Source of the DNA: Octopus sinensis
Taxonomy: Eukaryota
NCBI RefSeq assembly: GCF_006345805.1
Contig: NC_043001.1
Location: forward strand, 109,430,001-109,494,000
Direction of reading: 5' to 3'
Length of the DNA: 64,000 nt
Shown here: positions 23,531 through 36,137 of the stretch, piece after piece
Numbering within the stretch: position 1 is the first letter of the stretch
Layout of the letters: the number at the start of each line of letters is the position of its first letter
The notes under the pieces: model-generated
What the model was told of the DNA's origin: nothing
The model's database searches: none
Seen by the model: the letters and a program-made list of their open reading frames with translations, nothing else
Program-made: the position numbers and the translations under genes

Positions 23531-25580
23531 TCATTTAAAATATTTTAAAGTCTTCAATTTAGCGTGGACACAAACTTGACCTAGTTCAATATGGTTATTC
23601 AATAAGTTTCTATGTTTTCTATGCTTTAGAATTTCATACGTCTCCATGGAGCATAGTTGGCAACCAACCCTGCTATTTTTATACGGAATTGCTCTCCTAA
23701 CTATTTCCCAATTAAGGTTATAATTATTATTATTATTTTTGAGTTCCCAGATTTTGTTTGAAAGTGGTGGTACCAGCTTTATGACGTAATTTAAAAGACG
23801 AGATGTGATTTCTAACTCTGGCTAGAAAATTAATTGTACATCCAATGTAAAAATATTTGTTATTCTCCGTGGATATGGTACATTTATAGATTACATTATT
23901 TTCCCCGCATAGACCAGGTGCCGGGCATTTTGATTTTATTCTACACTTACACACAGGAGGAACAACTTCAGGTTTTGGATTGTTCTTGGGTAGATGCCTT
24001 AGGTTCCTATTATTTTGATTATCATGAGTATAATTGTCCTTATTGTTATTAATATTTCTATAGTTGGTGCTGATATCTAAAGTATTGCTATTATTTATTG
24101 ATCCTTCTGTTTCATCTTTTAGGTCTAAAGTCCTACCATGATTTCTTATATTATTGGTAATGTTACTATTATTGTTAGTCTTTTTATCCGACTGCATATT
24201 GTTGTTATAGATATCACTGATATTTTCATTCTCCCTATTTTCTCCATTAGCCTTATTTCTATTATTTCTATTATTAACATTATTACTTCTATTAATATCG
24301 GTATTGTTATTATTACTATTAATGTTAATGTTATTAGTTATTCTGTGGTTACTAATTTCACCCATGTTTTGATAGTTACTATTGCTGTTTTTATTGTTGG
24401 TAGTATTATTATAATTGCTATTGGTATTCATACTGATATTATTATTTTTATTTCTATCTTTCCTGGCTAGTTTAATGTTGTTATTATTAATTTTAGCTAT
24501 TAAAGTGGACATATTTGGGAGGGTTGAATAAGAAATCCTAACTGTTTTCCTAGACATAATTCTATGATATCTATGAGAGATTGGGAAATTTTTTTCCAGA
24601 ATTACTTTGAATTTGTTCTGTATATCCGATTGTATCGCACAGTTGAAAGGAATATTCAGCCATATTATATCTTTTTTATTAAATTTAGGGTTCGTAGAAT
24701 TATTACTATTCATCTCACCGGAGTTATTGTATTTATTACCATTATTTTTATTTTTATTTGTGTGCATCTTTGGTTTATCTACTTCGATATTATCCGAGTT
24801 ACCTATGTTCTGGTCAATACTTCTATTTGAATTGTTGGGCCTGTACGTTAGATTAGCGTTTACCGTTAATTTAATTCTACTTTTATTTCGGGCTTGGTCT
24901 GTATTGCTGCTTACGTGATTACTGATAACTTCTTTATTAGGAATACGTGAGTTCTCCTTATCAACGAATGTAATCTTTTGGTTGTATCCAGCCTTAGTTA
25001 ACGCCGCATTATAATGCTCAGAATGGGAGTTAAATATACCCTTATTGGATGATTTTTTGAAATTCTTAATGAAATATTTCTTACTAAAGATTCAATTATA
25101 TTTGGGGGATGATTTGATAATTTATTTACGTAATTCGTGATTTCGCCTTCCTTTCTAAATGGGTAATGCAGCTTGGAGTTAAGGTCTAGCGTAATATCTA
25201 GGAAGTTAACTATTTTAGTGCCCGGTTCATACGTTATACTGAGGTTGAAATCCTTAAAGAACTTATTAATTTTCTTTCTAATCCTTTCTATAACAGATTT
25301 ATTATTACTAGGGATAACAAACAGAGCATCATCCCTATATAGACCCCCCTGTATTTCTGGGATATCCTTGCTTATGCATTTTAATAGATATGCGCCTACT
25401 AGGTTGGTTACCTCAGCCGAATCACTGGAACCCATTGGTATATCAAAATAATTAGGTGTATCTGCTCTAGTCCATAATTTATCTTCAAATTCTATAAATG
25501 TCTTCCTAGCTAGTAGCACAATATTGATTTCTTCTCTAGATATGGGGAGCGATTCATGGCAAATATTAGTGATTTGTTGA

Positions 25581-25581
<1 letters not shown>
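23531..25581 (-). pseudogene. PLE polyprotein remnant: RT - linker - CxCx5C motif - GIY-YIG endonuclease, two frameshifts
   Basis: FDIPMGSSDSAE, GLYRDD, VNFLDITL, SNHPP; frameshift ~25052 rejoins SSNKGIFNSHSEHYNAALTKAGY; IIWLNIPF; CKCRIKSKCP; VIY..YIG; frameshift ~23761 rejoins SNKIWELK...CQLCSMETYEI...CVHAKLK, stop 23531-23533. Confidence 0.9.
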
Positions 25582-25654
<73 letters not shown>

Positions 25655-26412
25655 TATATGTAAATGGATGAATTAATTATCCTTTGTTTACCGTTAACAT
25701 GGAAAATTGAATAAACAGTTACCAGGGTAGCAAAATTCACGCAAGTAACAGAGATGTGGCGACCTATTCAAAGATAGAAACTCCGGTTTAATGTGCAGTA
25801 ATTTGTATAGTATAAGTAAATAAATGGAGTTCAACGCAGATGCTATTCAAATTCTTATACTTTCGACATATATTTCGAAGACAACATTGGTTTTATTCCA
25901 AAGGAATAAACTGTGTAAAATAATGCAATCTTCTCATCAGGAGAGACAACAACAAGACATTATAACAATTTTGATGACTGCGTAAATGATAAACAGAACG
26001 CTATTAAGTATTTAAAAAAAAACCATTAGTAGAACCGTTAGTGTATATATAAGAAAAAATATATATCGTGGATCTTTTAGGTGTTTTCGCTCAATAAACA
26101 CACACAACGCCCGGTTTGGGAATCGAAACCGCAATCCTTCAACCGCGAGTCCGCTGCCCTAACCACTGGGCCATTGCGCCTCCACGCTTTAATCTTTACC
26201 TTGGTAAAATTGAATCAGCAGGCCTGTTATTAAACACTCCATTTGTATCCAACAGTGGATGTGCTGAACAATAACTTGTAAGTCATATCTGAATTTTCCA
26301 ACAAAAATAATTATCAGTTGAAGCATATCTGCCCTGAATAGGATACCTTATGCACGAAATGGCAAAACACAAGATCACTGTCACCGAATTACATTACCTG
26401 TAATAATGCCTT

Positions 26413-26805
26413 GTGGAGGCGCAATGGCCCAGTGGTCAGGGCAGCGGACTCGCGGTCATAGGATCGCGGTTTCGATTCCCAGACTGGGCATTGTGAGTGT
26501 TTATTGAGCGAAAACACCTAAAGCTCCACGAGGCTCTGGCAGGGGGTGGTGGTGATCCCTGCTGTACTCTTTCACCACAACTTTCTCTCACTCTTACTTC
26601 CTGTTTCTGTTGTACCTGTATTTCAAAGGGCCGGCCTTGTCACTCTCTGTGTCACGCTGAATATCCCCGAGAACTACGTTAAGGGTACACGTGTCTGTGG
26701 GGTGCTCAGCCACTTGCACGTTAATTTCACGAGCAGGCTGTTCCGTTGATTGGGATCAATCGGAACCCTCGTCGTCGGAACCGACGGAGTGCTTCCATTC
26801 CATCC
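26413..26805 (+). mobile_element. Full-length tRNA(Arg)-like-head SINE (OR1/OR2-like) with 11-bp TSD
   Basis: A-box tggcccagtgg, gcggactcgcggtc, B-box gtttcgattcc; TSD aataatgcctt at 26402-26412 and 26806-26816. Confidence 0.9.
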
Positions 26806-26816
26806 AATAATGCCTT

Positions 26817-27429
26817 CTATTCTAGGAACAAGTCCTGAAATTTGGGGGAAGGGGCTGGTCGATTAGATCGATGTCAGTACACAACTGGTACTTAATTTAT
26901 CGACCTCGAAAGAATGAAATGAAAAGAAAAGTTGTCAACCTCGGCGAAATTTGAACTGAGAACATAAAGACAGACGGAATACCACTAAACATTTCCTCCG
27001 GCATGCTAGCGTTTCTTATTTCTTTATTGCCCACAAGGGGCTAAGCATAGAGGGTACACACAAGGACAGACAAAGGAATTAAGGCGATTACATCGACCCC
27101 AGTGCGTAACTGGTACTTATTTTATCGACGCCTCAAGGATGAAAGGCAAAGTCGTCGACCTCGGCAGAATTTGAAGTCAGAACGTAAAGAGTCAGAGAAA
27201 ATACCTATTTCTTTACTACCCACAATGGGATAAACATAGTGGGGACAAAAAAGGACAAACAAACGGATTAAGCCGATTACATCAACCCCAGTGCGTAACT
27301 GGAACTTAATTTGTCGACCCCGAAAGGATAAAACGCAAAGTCGACCTCGGTGGAATTTAAACTCAGAAGGCAGCGGCGGACGAAATACCGCAACGCATTT
27401 CGCACGGCATGCTAACGTTTCTGCTAGCC
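26817..27429 (-). mobile_element. SINE family B trimer
   Basis: Three core units; the block 26408-27429 is flanked by the 19-bp repeat ttacattacctgtaataat (26389-26407, 27430-27448). Confidence 0.8.
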
Positions 27430-27743
27430 TTACATTACCTGTAATAATATATTTTCAGATTGTTGACTGACAAGAATTGAGAATTGTGCACGATAAGACT
27501 ACATAATCTAAGCTGGAATTTTCATCACACACACCAACAAATGAGCATTTGACATGTTTAATGTATTTTTGCAGGACGTGTGATACGAGTGCAATCTGTA
27601 ACATATATATTCTAAGGTGAGGGTCACGAGTCGAATAAATTAATACACTCAGTTATATGCACATGGTGCGAATTAGCAGCGGTTTCTAAATTCCATCCAA
27701 GGAAGATTTTTTTTTTAATTAAGCGCACGCACACACACACATG

Positions 27744-27776
<33 letters not shown>

Positions 27777-27908
27777 ACACACACGAATACAAAAACTCGC
27801 TCAGGCACACACAAACACATACATTTACACAAACATGCACACGCCGGCTTATACAGTGAATGGATAATAACGCTGAAAATTTCATGCAATTAATGGAAAA
27901 AATTATAG

Positions 27909-28410
27909 GCGCAGGTGGGCGTGTGGTTAGAAGCTGCTTCCCAACTACATGGTTCAAGGTTCAGCCCTACTGCGTGGTACCTTACGCAAATGTCTTCAAC
28001 TATAGCCTCGGGCCGGCCAAACTCTTGTAAGTAGATTCGATAGAAAGAATCCGGTCATGTGTCTGCCTTTGTGTTTGTGTCTTTCGATCACCACTGCTTA
28101 ACAACCGGTGTTGGTGTGTTCATGTCTTTGTAACATAGCAGTTCTGTTTAAAAGAACAACAGAATAAAATACTAGGCTTAAATAAAGCACTGGGGCCTAC
28201 TTTTAATATAATTAGCCATTTCAACAACTAGGTGTAATACCTGCTTTAACTCAACTGCTATTGTTTTTGAAACTAGTACCTTCCTATGTAGGAAGCAATG
28301 AGTACGTATAACATTAGGATTTGGTGTTGTACGAGCGATACAAGTCGTTGTCCCAGCATGGCCGTAGTCCAATGACTTAAACAAGTAGAAGATAAAAAAT
28401 AGAAGATAAT
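27909..28410 (+). mobile_element. SINE family A with a hAT transposase fragment inside its tail
   Basis: Head ggcgcaggtgggcgtgtggttagaagc; tail split by 28198-28342. Confidence 0.7.
28198..28342 (-). mobile_element. 145-bp hAT (Buster/Charlie-type) transposase fragment
   Basis: NVIRTHCFLHRKVLVSKTIAVELKQVLHLVVEMANYIKS; collinear with 30132-30276. Confidence 0.85.
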
Positions 28411-29048
28411 ACAAAGCAATATGCCTTAGGATGACCTTATATTAAGTTTGGAATATGTAAGAGAAGAGCAAATCTCTTAATCATTATGGTGGGACTAACT
28501 ATATTTTCTCTGTAAGTTTTTGTATATATATATATAATGGGTTATCATGAATAGACAAGAAAAAATCTAGAGGGATGGAGAAAAGAGAATGAACGAAATA
28601 AGTATGAAAAACAAATATATGACAATGAATTCCGAGATATATTTGTAAAGTTTTCTATCATCAGCTGGATGTGATATATATTTAAAATTATTCACACGAA
28701 CTAAGGGGCAACATATGCAGAAAGTATGCGGCTGTTAGTAAGGATGCATCATTACACATTAAAAATGAAGAATTTCTAGCAATAAATCGTCAATAATTTA
28801 TTAAAGCGAAACATTACTTTTGACTTATGACAGCAGGTGAAAATGGAAATATTTGAATATATCATACGAAATACCTAGAAATATATAAACATATAACTCA
28901 AAATTCTCCACGTGATAATGTGTTTTGGAGTGGGTGTATAAACTGATTTTATCAGTTGGAAACTAAAGACCCAGTTTTGTGATATGGTTTACATGTTTTG
29001 ATTTTTGAACTGCGACCATGCTGGAGTATCGTCCTGAAGGGTTTAGAG

Positions 29049-30880
29049 CAGTGGTCCTCAAACGTTTTTTACTCACGTCGCACCTTACAAGAAGTTAAAA
29101 TATTTTTGGCGCGTTTTGTACATAAATTCTAAAATTTATTCAAAACGGCGATTTATACCTTTTAGCATAGACTATAAAGTAATATATAGATAATTAAAAA
29201 TACGGAAAAATTGAATTAAATGTAAGACGGCGAGCTAGCCGAATCGTTAGCAGGCTGGGCGAAATGCTTAGCGTTATTTCGTCTGCCGTTACGTTCTGAG
29301 TTCAAATTCCGCCGAGGTCGACTTTGCCTTTCGGTTGATATTTTTTGGAAAGGTTTTCAATACTGGGACGGATTTGAGAAAGACAAACCCTAGTACTTCT
29401 TCGATGCAATGGAGCCTCTCTCTTTCTTTGGATTTGATGCTATTGAGGGTTGAAAATCCCAACTCATAAATACGATGTGGAAAACTGCATAAAAACGGAT
29501 AAAGCATTTTTTGCTACTGAGGTGTATTCTCCAAAATATATCAATAGTTAACTCAGCATACTTGATTTTAAGTCTGCAATCACTGGATATAGATGTCAGT
29601 TCCTCTTCTTCACATATTTTCAGACCAATATTAGATGAAATTTTACGAAGGGTTTCGAACCCACTTATACTCTTCTACGTTCAATGACGGAAACTACAAG
29701 TTTATTTCTTCTTCCAGATTTGTCGAATGTTCAAATACAATTGGAGTCATTTCTTTTATACAGTTTTGAAGTATTAAGGGAAACATTTCGAAGTTACCGC
29801 CTTCAACTCAATTTTTCCAAATTACAACTTTCTTTTTAAATGAAGCCAGCTTATCCGTCGAAGTGAGAATATTTTTCACCTCTTCCTCGCATACTTGTAT
29901 GAAAATATTGTATGAAAATATCCAGCTTGAAAACCAAGATTCGTATTGTAGATATTCCAAGAAGTGTTCATGTTTTTCTTCTTTAAAGAAATGCATGCAA
30001 TTCCTTCTGGAGTATGCGACGTAGCACCTTACCCTTTGAGAGCCATCAGACTTTTGTGTGTAAAAGTAAGCGCTTGTGCTGGGAATCCATATCAACACAA
30101 ATTTGTTCAGATAAAGAACACTTCAAAGGCTTACTTTTAATATAATTAAACATTTCAACAACTTGGTTTAATACCTGCTTTAACTCACCTGGTATTGTTT
30201 TTGAAACTAATACCTCTCTATGTAAGAAGCAACGAGTACGTACAACATTAGGCTTTTGCCATTGTATGCGCGATGCAAAACCTTTAAAGGAGCCCATCAT
30301 AGATGGTGCCCCATCGGTACATATTCCAGCACATGAATTCCAGGATAAATTCCATTTTTGGAGGTAAGCAGATAAAAGGTCAGAAATATCTTGACCTCTT
30401 GTAGTGAGTGGCATTTCTTCGCAACAAAAAGAAGCGATTTATGGTTTGGTTACCACCAATAAAGCGAATAAATGTAAGTAATTGTGCTTTGTGGCTAACG
30501 TCAGTTGATTCGTCAACTTGTAGAGCAAATTCTGAGCTCTGAAGTATTTTCTGTACATTTTCCTCTATATCAGCAGATAAATCCATAATTCTCCTATGGA
30601 TTGTATTATCTGAGAGCGGAATATTGCTTATTTCTTGCTTGGCTTCATCACCTAACATGGTTTTAACCACCTTTCTACAAGCAAGTAAGATAATCGGCTA
30701 AAGTATGCGATTTCATTTGTAATGCAACCATTTCGGCTATATCAATGGACGAGATTTGAGACTTTTCAGAAGCATTCATCCTTTTTTCAAAATAGTTTCT
30801 TTGATAATATTGCTCTTCTAGCAGTCTTCTAATATAATAAATGCGAAAACTAATTTCTGTGTGTCGGTGTGTCACACTTC
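29049..30880 (-). mobile_element. Decayed hAT (Buster/Charlie-type) transposon, 3' TIR retained
   Basis: FALQVDESTD, ICTDGAPSM, CFLHRE motifs, C-terminal ELGFSTLNSIKSKERERL; TIR cagtggtcctcaaac at 29049 preceded by gttTAgag; frameshifts; SINE piece at 29226-29335. Confidence 0.9.
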
Positions 30881-32689
30881 GACCCCCTCTCTCACTATTC
30901 TTTGATGCTCCTACTATTGCTCAAATTGGGGTGAGAGTAATAGTAGGCATAGAGAGGGTAGTAGCTTGACGGTTGTGATGGTTAATAGGGTGATAGTAAT
31001 AGTATGAGCAGTAGTTGTGGTAGAGGCGGAGGCGACAGTGATGATGGTGGTGGTGGTGGTGGTAGCTGAGCCGGTCAAGGACAGTGGTGATAGTAAGCGA
31101 TGTGAGAGACAGTAGTGATGGTGGTGGTGAGGGTAGGCGGCGAAGTCAAAGGTATTGATGGTGGCGGCGTCAGAAGTCTGAATGATGTGTGTATGACAGT
31201 CGTAGTGGCGATGGTGATGGTTGAAAACAATCTACAAAAAGAGAGAGAGACAGAGAGACAGACAGACAGACAGACAGAGAGGTTAGACAGAAAATAAAAT
31301 TGTACTGACGCCTGAAAGGGAAGACAAAAAGTGTTGTTTATAATGCAGCTTTGCAATAAGTTCTAAGTCATTAAATCATATTGTTTTGATGAAAATTGTT
31401 CATTGCTTGAAAATTATTGGTCAAGTTTAATAAATTTTAATATGTACTCAATGCATGAAGTATCATTGTTTGACCCAAGGACCAATGAAGAGTTCTCTAC
31501 AGGTGCTATGTTTTTTTTCACCGACATGTTCCACCACAAGTAGTGAGTTTATAAAATGACGTAATTTTTATAAATATAATTCATTAGATGACTTCATCAA
31601 GTACGCAAACGTCCAATTCAGTTTGAATTACACGTGTGTTAGAGAGAAATGAATAAGTTATTGTCATGGAAATGGCTTCTAATTTCAAAATTTTAATGAG
31701 AGTTTAACAAAACTTAGAACATGGTTTGGATTTTGATTCAGAGAGTAATTATTTCATTCGAAAATTTCTATTAGAGATATTAGCTCGAAGGCTTGCTCTT
31801 TACGCTTGGTGTAACACACCTCATTAACATTACAATTAAAAATATAATAAAGCTAGTGCTGTACTGTAAGAAAAGGCTGCAAGTAATTAGAAATATTTTA
31901 ATGGTAATTGAAAATATCAGTATTAATTGGATACGTATTGGATTGTTAATCGCATTTCCATTTAAATCAATGTTGCTCAAATATAGCATGTTCCTTATTG
32001 AGGGCACGCAATTACATTACTTTGGTTTGTGTATGCATCATTTTGCGTTGGCTGTCGAGAGTTTTTTCGTTTGTTCATTCAACATACAGCTACCGATGCA
32101 TGTCTTGGACACATCTTCAATATTGCCTCCTAGAGTCACTGGGTGTTTCAGATCCGCAGACGTCTAGGTCCAAACGGCAAATCTACTGAATCCACCGATC
32201 AACTCTTTTCAGTCAGCGCCATCTGAATACTGTCAGCAGCTTCGAGGTTAACCTGGTTAGCTCTTCAGCTGGCAGACCTTGGAATATGTAGTCTTTATAC
32301 AGTATATAAAGGGGAACCACAGCATTTCCCTTCTGACATGAGTGTGTATTCTTTCTCAGCACTAAGAGATCCTACCAAATCTACAAATCAGTTGATATTC
32401 CCAGCCCCCTCCTTTGAGCGCTGTACCGCACGTGTTTATGATGCAGTCAAAGATGGCGTGTTATCTCTAAACTTTCCCTGTCGAGGTGTGAGTGTGTATT
32501 CAGCAGACGGTATACCTGCACAATGCCGTGATCAACAAGGAAGCTTGAACATATCATGATGATTGTGAAACCATTCCTGTTTCCTAATTCTGTTTCAGGA
32601 CCTTTCAAACCCAAAGCCGTAGCTCTGGACAGTTTTTGCAGAAATTATATTTCTTTCCACTGGGGCCTGCTTCTGAGTTAGGTCATACC

Positions 32690-32747
32690 TGTATGTATGT
32701 ATGTGTGCATATATGTATGTATATATGCTTGTTTGTATGTATGTATG

Positions 32748-32781
<34 letters not shown>

Positions 32782-32900
32782 TGTATGTATGTATGTATGT
32801 ATGTATGTATGTATGTATGTATGCATGTATGTATATATGTTTGTATGTATGTATGTATGTATGTATTATGTATGCATGTATATATGTATATGTGTATAAG

Positions 32901-32934
<34 letters not shown>

Positions 32935-33055
32935 TGTATGTATGTATGCATGTATGTATATATGTTTGTATATATGTATGTATGTATGTATTATGTATGC
33001 ATGTATATATGTATATGTATATATGCATGTATGTATGTTTGTGTATATATATGCA
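32690..33055. repeat. Compound (TATG)n microsatellite; representative of dozens of (AT)n, (CA)n, (TATG)n, (CTAT)n tracts that generate most spurious ORFs
   Basis: Direct reading; others include 34760-35140, 45270-45660, 54770-54894, 59160-59575, 63230-63385. Confidence 0.95.
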
Positions 33056-33699
33056 TGTACGACAGGCTTCTTTTAGCTTCCATTTACCAAATCCCCTCAC
33101 AAGGCTTTGGTTTGCCCGAGGCTGTAGCAAAAAACACTTGCACAACGTGTCAAACAGTGAGACTGGAGTCATAACTATCTGGTTGAGAAACAAACTTCTT
33201 ACCACCCAGCCATCTTATTCAGTTATTAAAGCGAGAGGATAGTATGGGGTAGAAATGTGTGCAGAAGCATATCGTTGTTGGATATTCTGTTCACATATAT
33301 TCACACAAAATATATTCGCTTCTCGTAATGCCAAAAGTCTAACTCCAGAAAACTTCCTTCTTATAAACTGACTACTGTTTTGTTCATATATTCAATTGGA
33401 GGCAGCCATAATTGGTAATGGCTATGACGTGCGAACGTTAGCATTTTACCTCTCTGCACTCCGTGAAGGTAACATTATATTGTATTTTCGACGTTCGTCT
33501 CATTGTGTATTTCTACAGATATATCCTTCTTTCTTGAAATAATTTAAAGTAAGAAAATGATGTCAGAATGATACTACTACGCCACTAAACGTAAGTTTAG
33601 GGTAAAAACTTACAGGCCATGTGACAGATTCACTTGTTCATTATGTTTTGTGTTTCCATTTAATACATATGCATACACGCAGGTCTATTCCCCATTTTT

Positions 33700-34530
33700 T
33701 AGAAGTGGGTAGCCACAACAAGACACACATCAGGCATTCCATTCATTTCCAGCTCAAAGAGGCGAGCCCCGTCCTATGATCAGGTCAAAGCATAGAACGC
33801 AACCCCTAATATCAACAGCTGGTTTTGTACATCACATTCACTCATCATATTCACTCATCCGTCCACAAACACTCTTCAAGCTTTCCTATCATTTATAATC
33901 TCCCTTGACTCTCTCAGTCCAACAACTCTAACTACCAAAGCTTTCCTCACTCTACCCATGCACACAAATCGAAGTCTGCCTCTGGTCCTACTGCCTACCA
34001 CTACTGTGTTCATCACCCTCCTTACCAGCCACTCCTCACCCATCCTCTGCGTGTCGTCAAACTACCTCAACGTTCGTGTGTCTATTTTGGTTGTTAGTTT
34101 TTCCCATCAACCCTGCTCGCCTTCGCACCTCCTCATTCCCTATCCTGTCCATCTGTGTCACACCAACCATACCCCTCAAACATCTCATCTGAAACAAATC
34201 TAGTCGCCTCCTGTTCGCATTTCTCAGTCCCCACGTCTCTGCACCATATAACATTGTCTGCGCAATCACGCCCTCATACACACCTCTTTTAGCTTTTATA
34301 TTCAACCTTTAATCTCTCAGCTTATCTTCCACAACTCCAAGTATCTTAATCCCATCCCTCACTCTATATCCCACCTCCTCCCCTAAATCCACCATCTGCC
34401 GTCACATGTGACCCCAGATGCTTAAAAACACTCACCGCTTCTAACATCACAGCATTTATACTCACATCCATCCTACCAGCCATTCCATCTCTCCTACATC
34501 TCATCACCTTACACTTAGCTACTTTCACTT
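33700..34530 (-). mobile_element. RTE-clade LINE 3' fragment (RT thumb to C-terminus), decayed
   Basis: KCKVMRC...LEAVSVFKHLGSHVTADG; GVYEGVIAQTMLYGAETWGLRNANRRRLDLFQMRCLRGMVGVTQMDRIGNEEVRRR. Confidence 0.8.
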
Positions 34531-35386
34531 TCATTTTCATTTTCATAGCCTCGTGTAAATCTTATCTTTGACTTGTTTCTCTGACTGGACTACGGCCATG
34601 TTGGGGCAACACCCAGAATAGAATTAGTCGAACCAATCGACACAGTTACATACATTTTAAAGCCGAGTTCTTGGTCTCTCGGTTTCTTTTACTTACCCCC
34701 TAACTTATGGGGGACAAAAAAAGCCAGCATCTGTTGGCAAAGAGTGATGAGAATAAAATTCACACACACATATTCACATGCAAACACACACACACACACA
34801 CAGACGCATAAGCACACACACATACGCACACATACATACGCACACAACATACACACACGCATACGCACACACATAGATACACGGACAAACACACGCATGC
34901 ACACAAAAGCACACACATATTGACACACAAACACACACACACACACAAGCACACGCATATTGACACACAAACACACACACACGCACACACGCACACACAC
35001 ACACATACACTCGCGCACAAGCATATATACACACACAAGCACACACATATTCATACGCAAATACACACACGCACACATGCACAAACACATACGCGCACAC
35101 GCAAGCACATACACATACATGCACACACAAGCACACACATAATTGGCGACATAACTCCATGCATTATACATTTTGAAAATCTAATATGAAACTGCTAAAG
35201 TGTATTCCGATATGTTTAAATATTTATTTAAATTCTAATTAATTCGGATATATGTGCATTTTCAACTTCATTTCTTGTATTCCTCCACCTGTTTTGATAA
35301 ATAACAACTGACATATCAACTGATAAATATCAACTGACTTGATAGATCGTTAGCTACTACACACATTTTTTCTCTCCTTGTTTTTT

Positions 35387-35421
35387 TTTTCTGTAGAAGA
35401 GCGTAGGCTCGAAACGTAAAA
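35387..35421 (+). ncRNA. Minimal HHR variant (extra core nucleotide, A6 mutated) in a PLE-like terminal fragment
   Basis: tttt-CTGTAGA-A-GAGC gtag GCTC-GAA-ACGT-A-aaa. Confidence 0.5.
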
Positions 35422-35748
35422 GACTTTTTCTATTCCTGAGCGCTATACTAATACATTTGTTTGTTTGTACACCACCTGCCTTCGTCTTTTGTTTATTTTC
35501 GTAAACTTTCCTTTTATACACACACACACACACAAATATATATATATATGCACACGTACACACAGAGACACACATATATACACAAGACCTATACAAAATA
35601 TATACTTACACCTGTATATATATAAAAATGGAACAAAAACGCAATAGAGGACAATAAAACCTTCGGACACTACGATACAAAGGCGGGCAAGAGAAACAAC
35701 AATTAGAAGGGCAGGCAAAAAAAGACGGGTCATTCGTGGAATTCTTTC

Positions 35749-35827
<79 letters not shown>

Positions 35828-35925
35828 TCCTCCCAAAACGAAGAAAAAACACAAGAAAAAATACAAGGTGAGGGCGTGGTACATGCAAAGTAATAAAAGA
35901 CGCTCGGGGAAGGAAAAAGGGAGTG

Positions 35926-35960
35926 CTTTACGTTTCGAGCAAAGCCTCTACTTCAGAAAC
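35926..35960 (-). ncRNA. Minimal HHR variant in PLE-like terminal fragment 35820-36000
   Basis: ttt-CTGAAGT-A-GAG gctttg CTC-GAA-ACGT-A-aag. Confidence 0.5.
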
Positions 35961-36085
35961 AGGAGACAGAGGAAAGCCTAAGTGAAAAGGAAGGCGGAGG
36001 AAATATATATATATATATATAAATATATGTATATATATATATTATATAACTATAAGTAATGTAGGTTCAACCGTATTTTCTGACG

Positions 36086-36137
<52 letters not shown>

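Larger units (their letters stand above)
21819..25581 (-). mobile_element. 5'-truncated Penelope-like retroelement (C-terminal GIY-YIG) with ~1.7-kb 3' region, bounded by AT microsatellites
   Basis: RT and endonuclease motifs, same-strand HHR near the end, (AT)n at 25582-25660 and (TACA)n(TA)n ending 21818. The extent of the 3' region is inferred. Confidence 0.8.

Noticed and set aside
32040-32540. GC-richer island with short ORFs
   Set aside because: Stops in all frames and no convincing motif; probably a decayed retroelement
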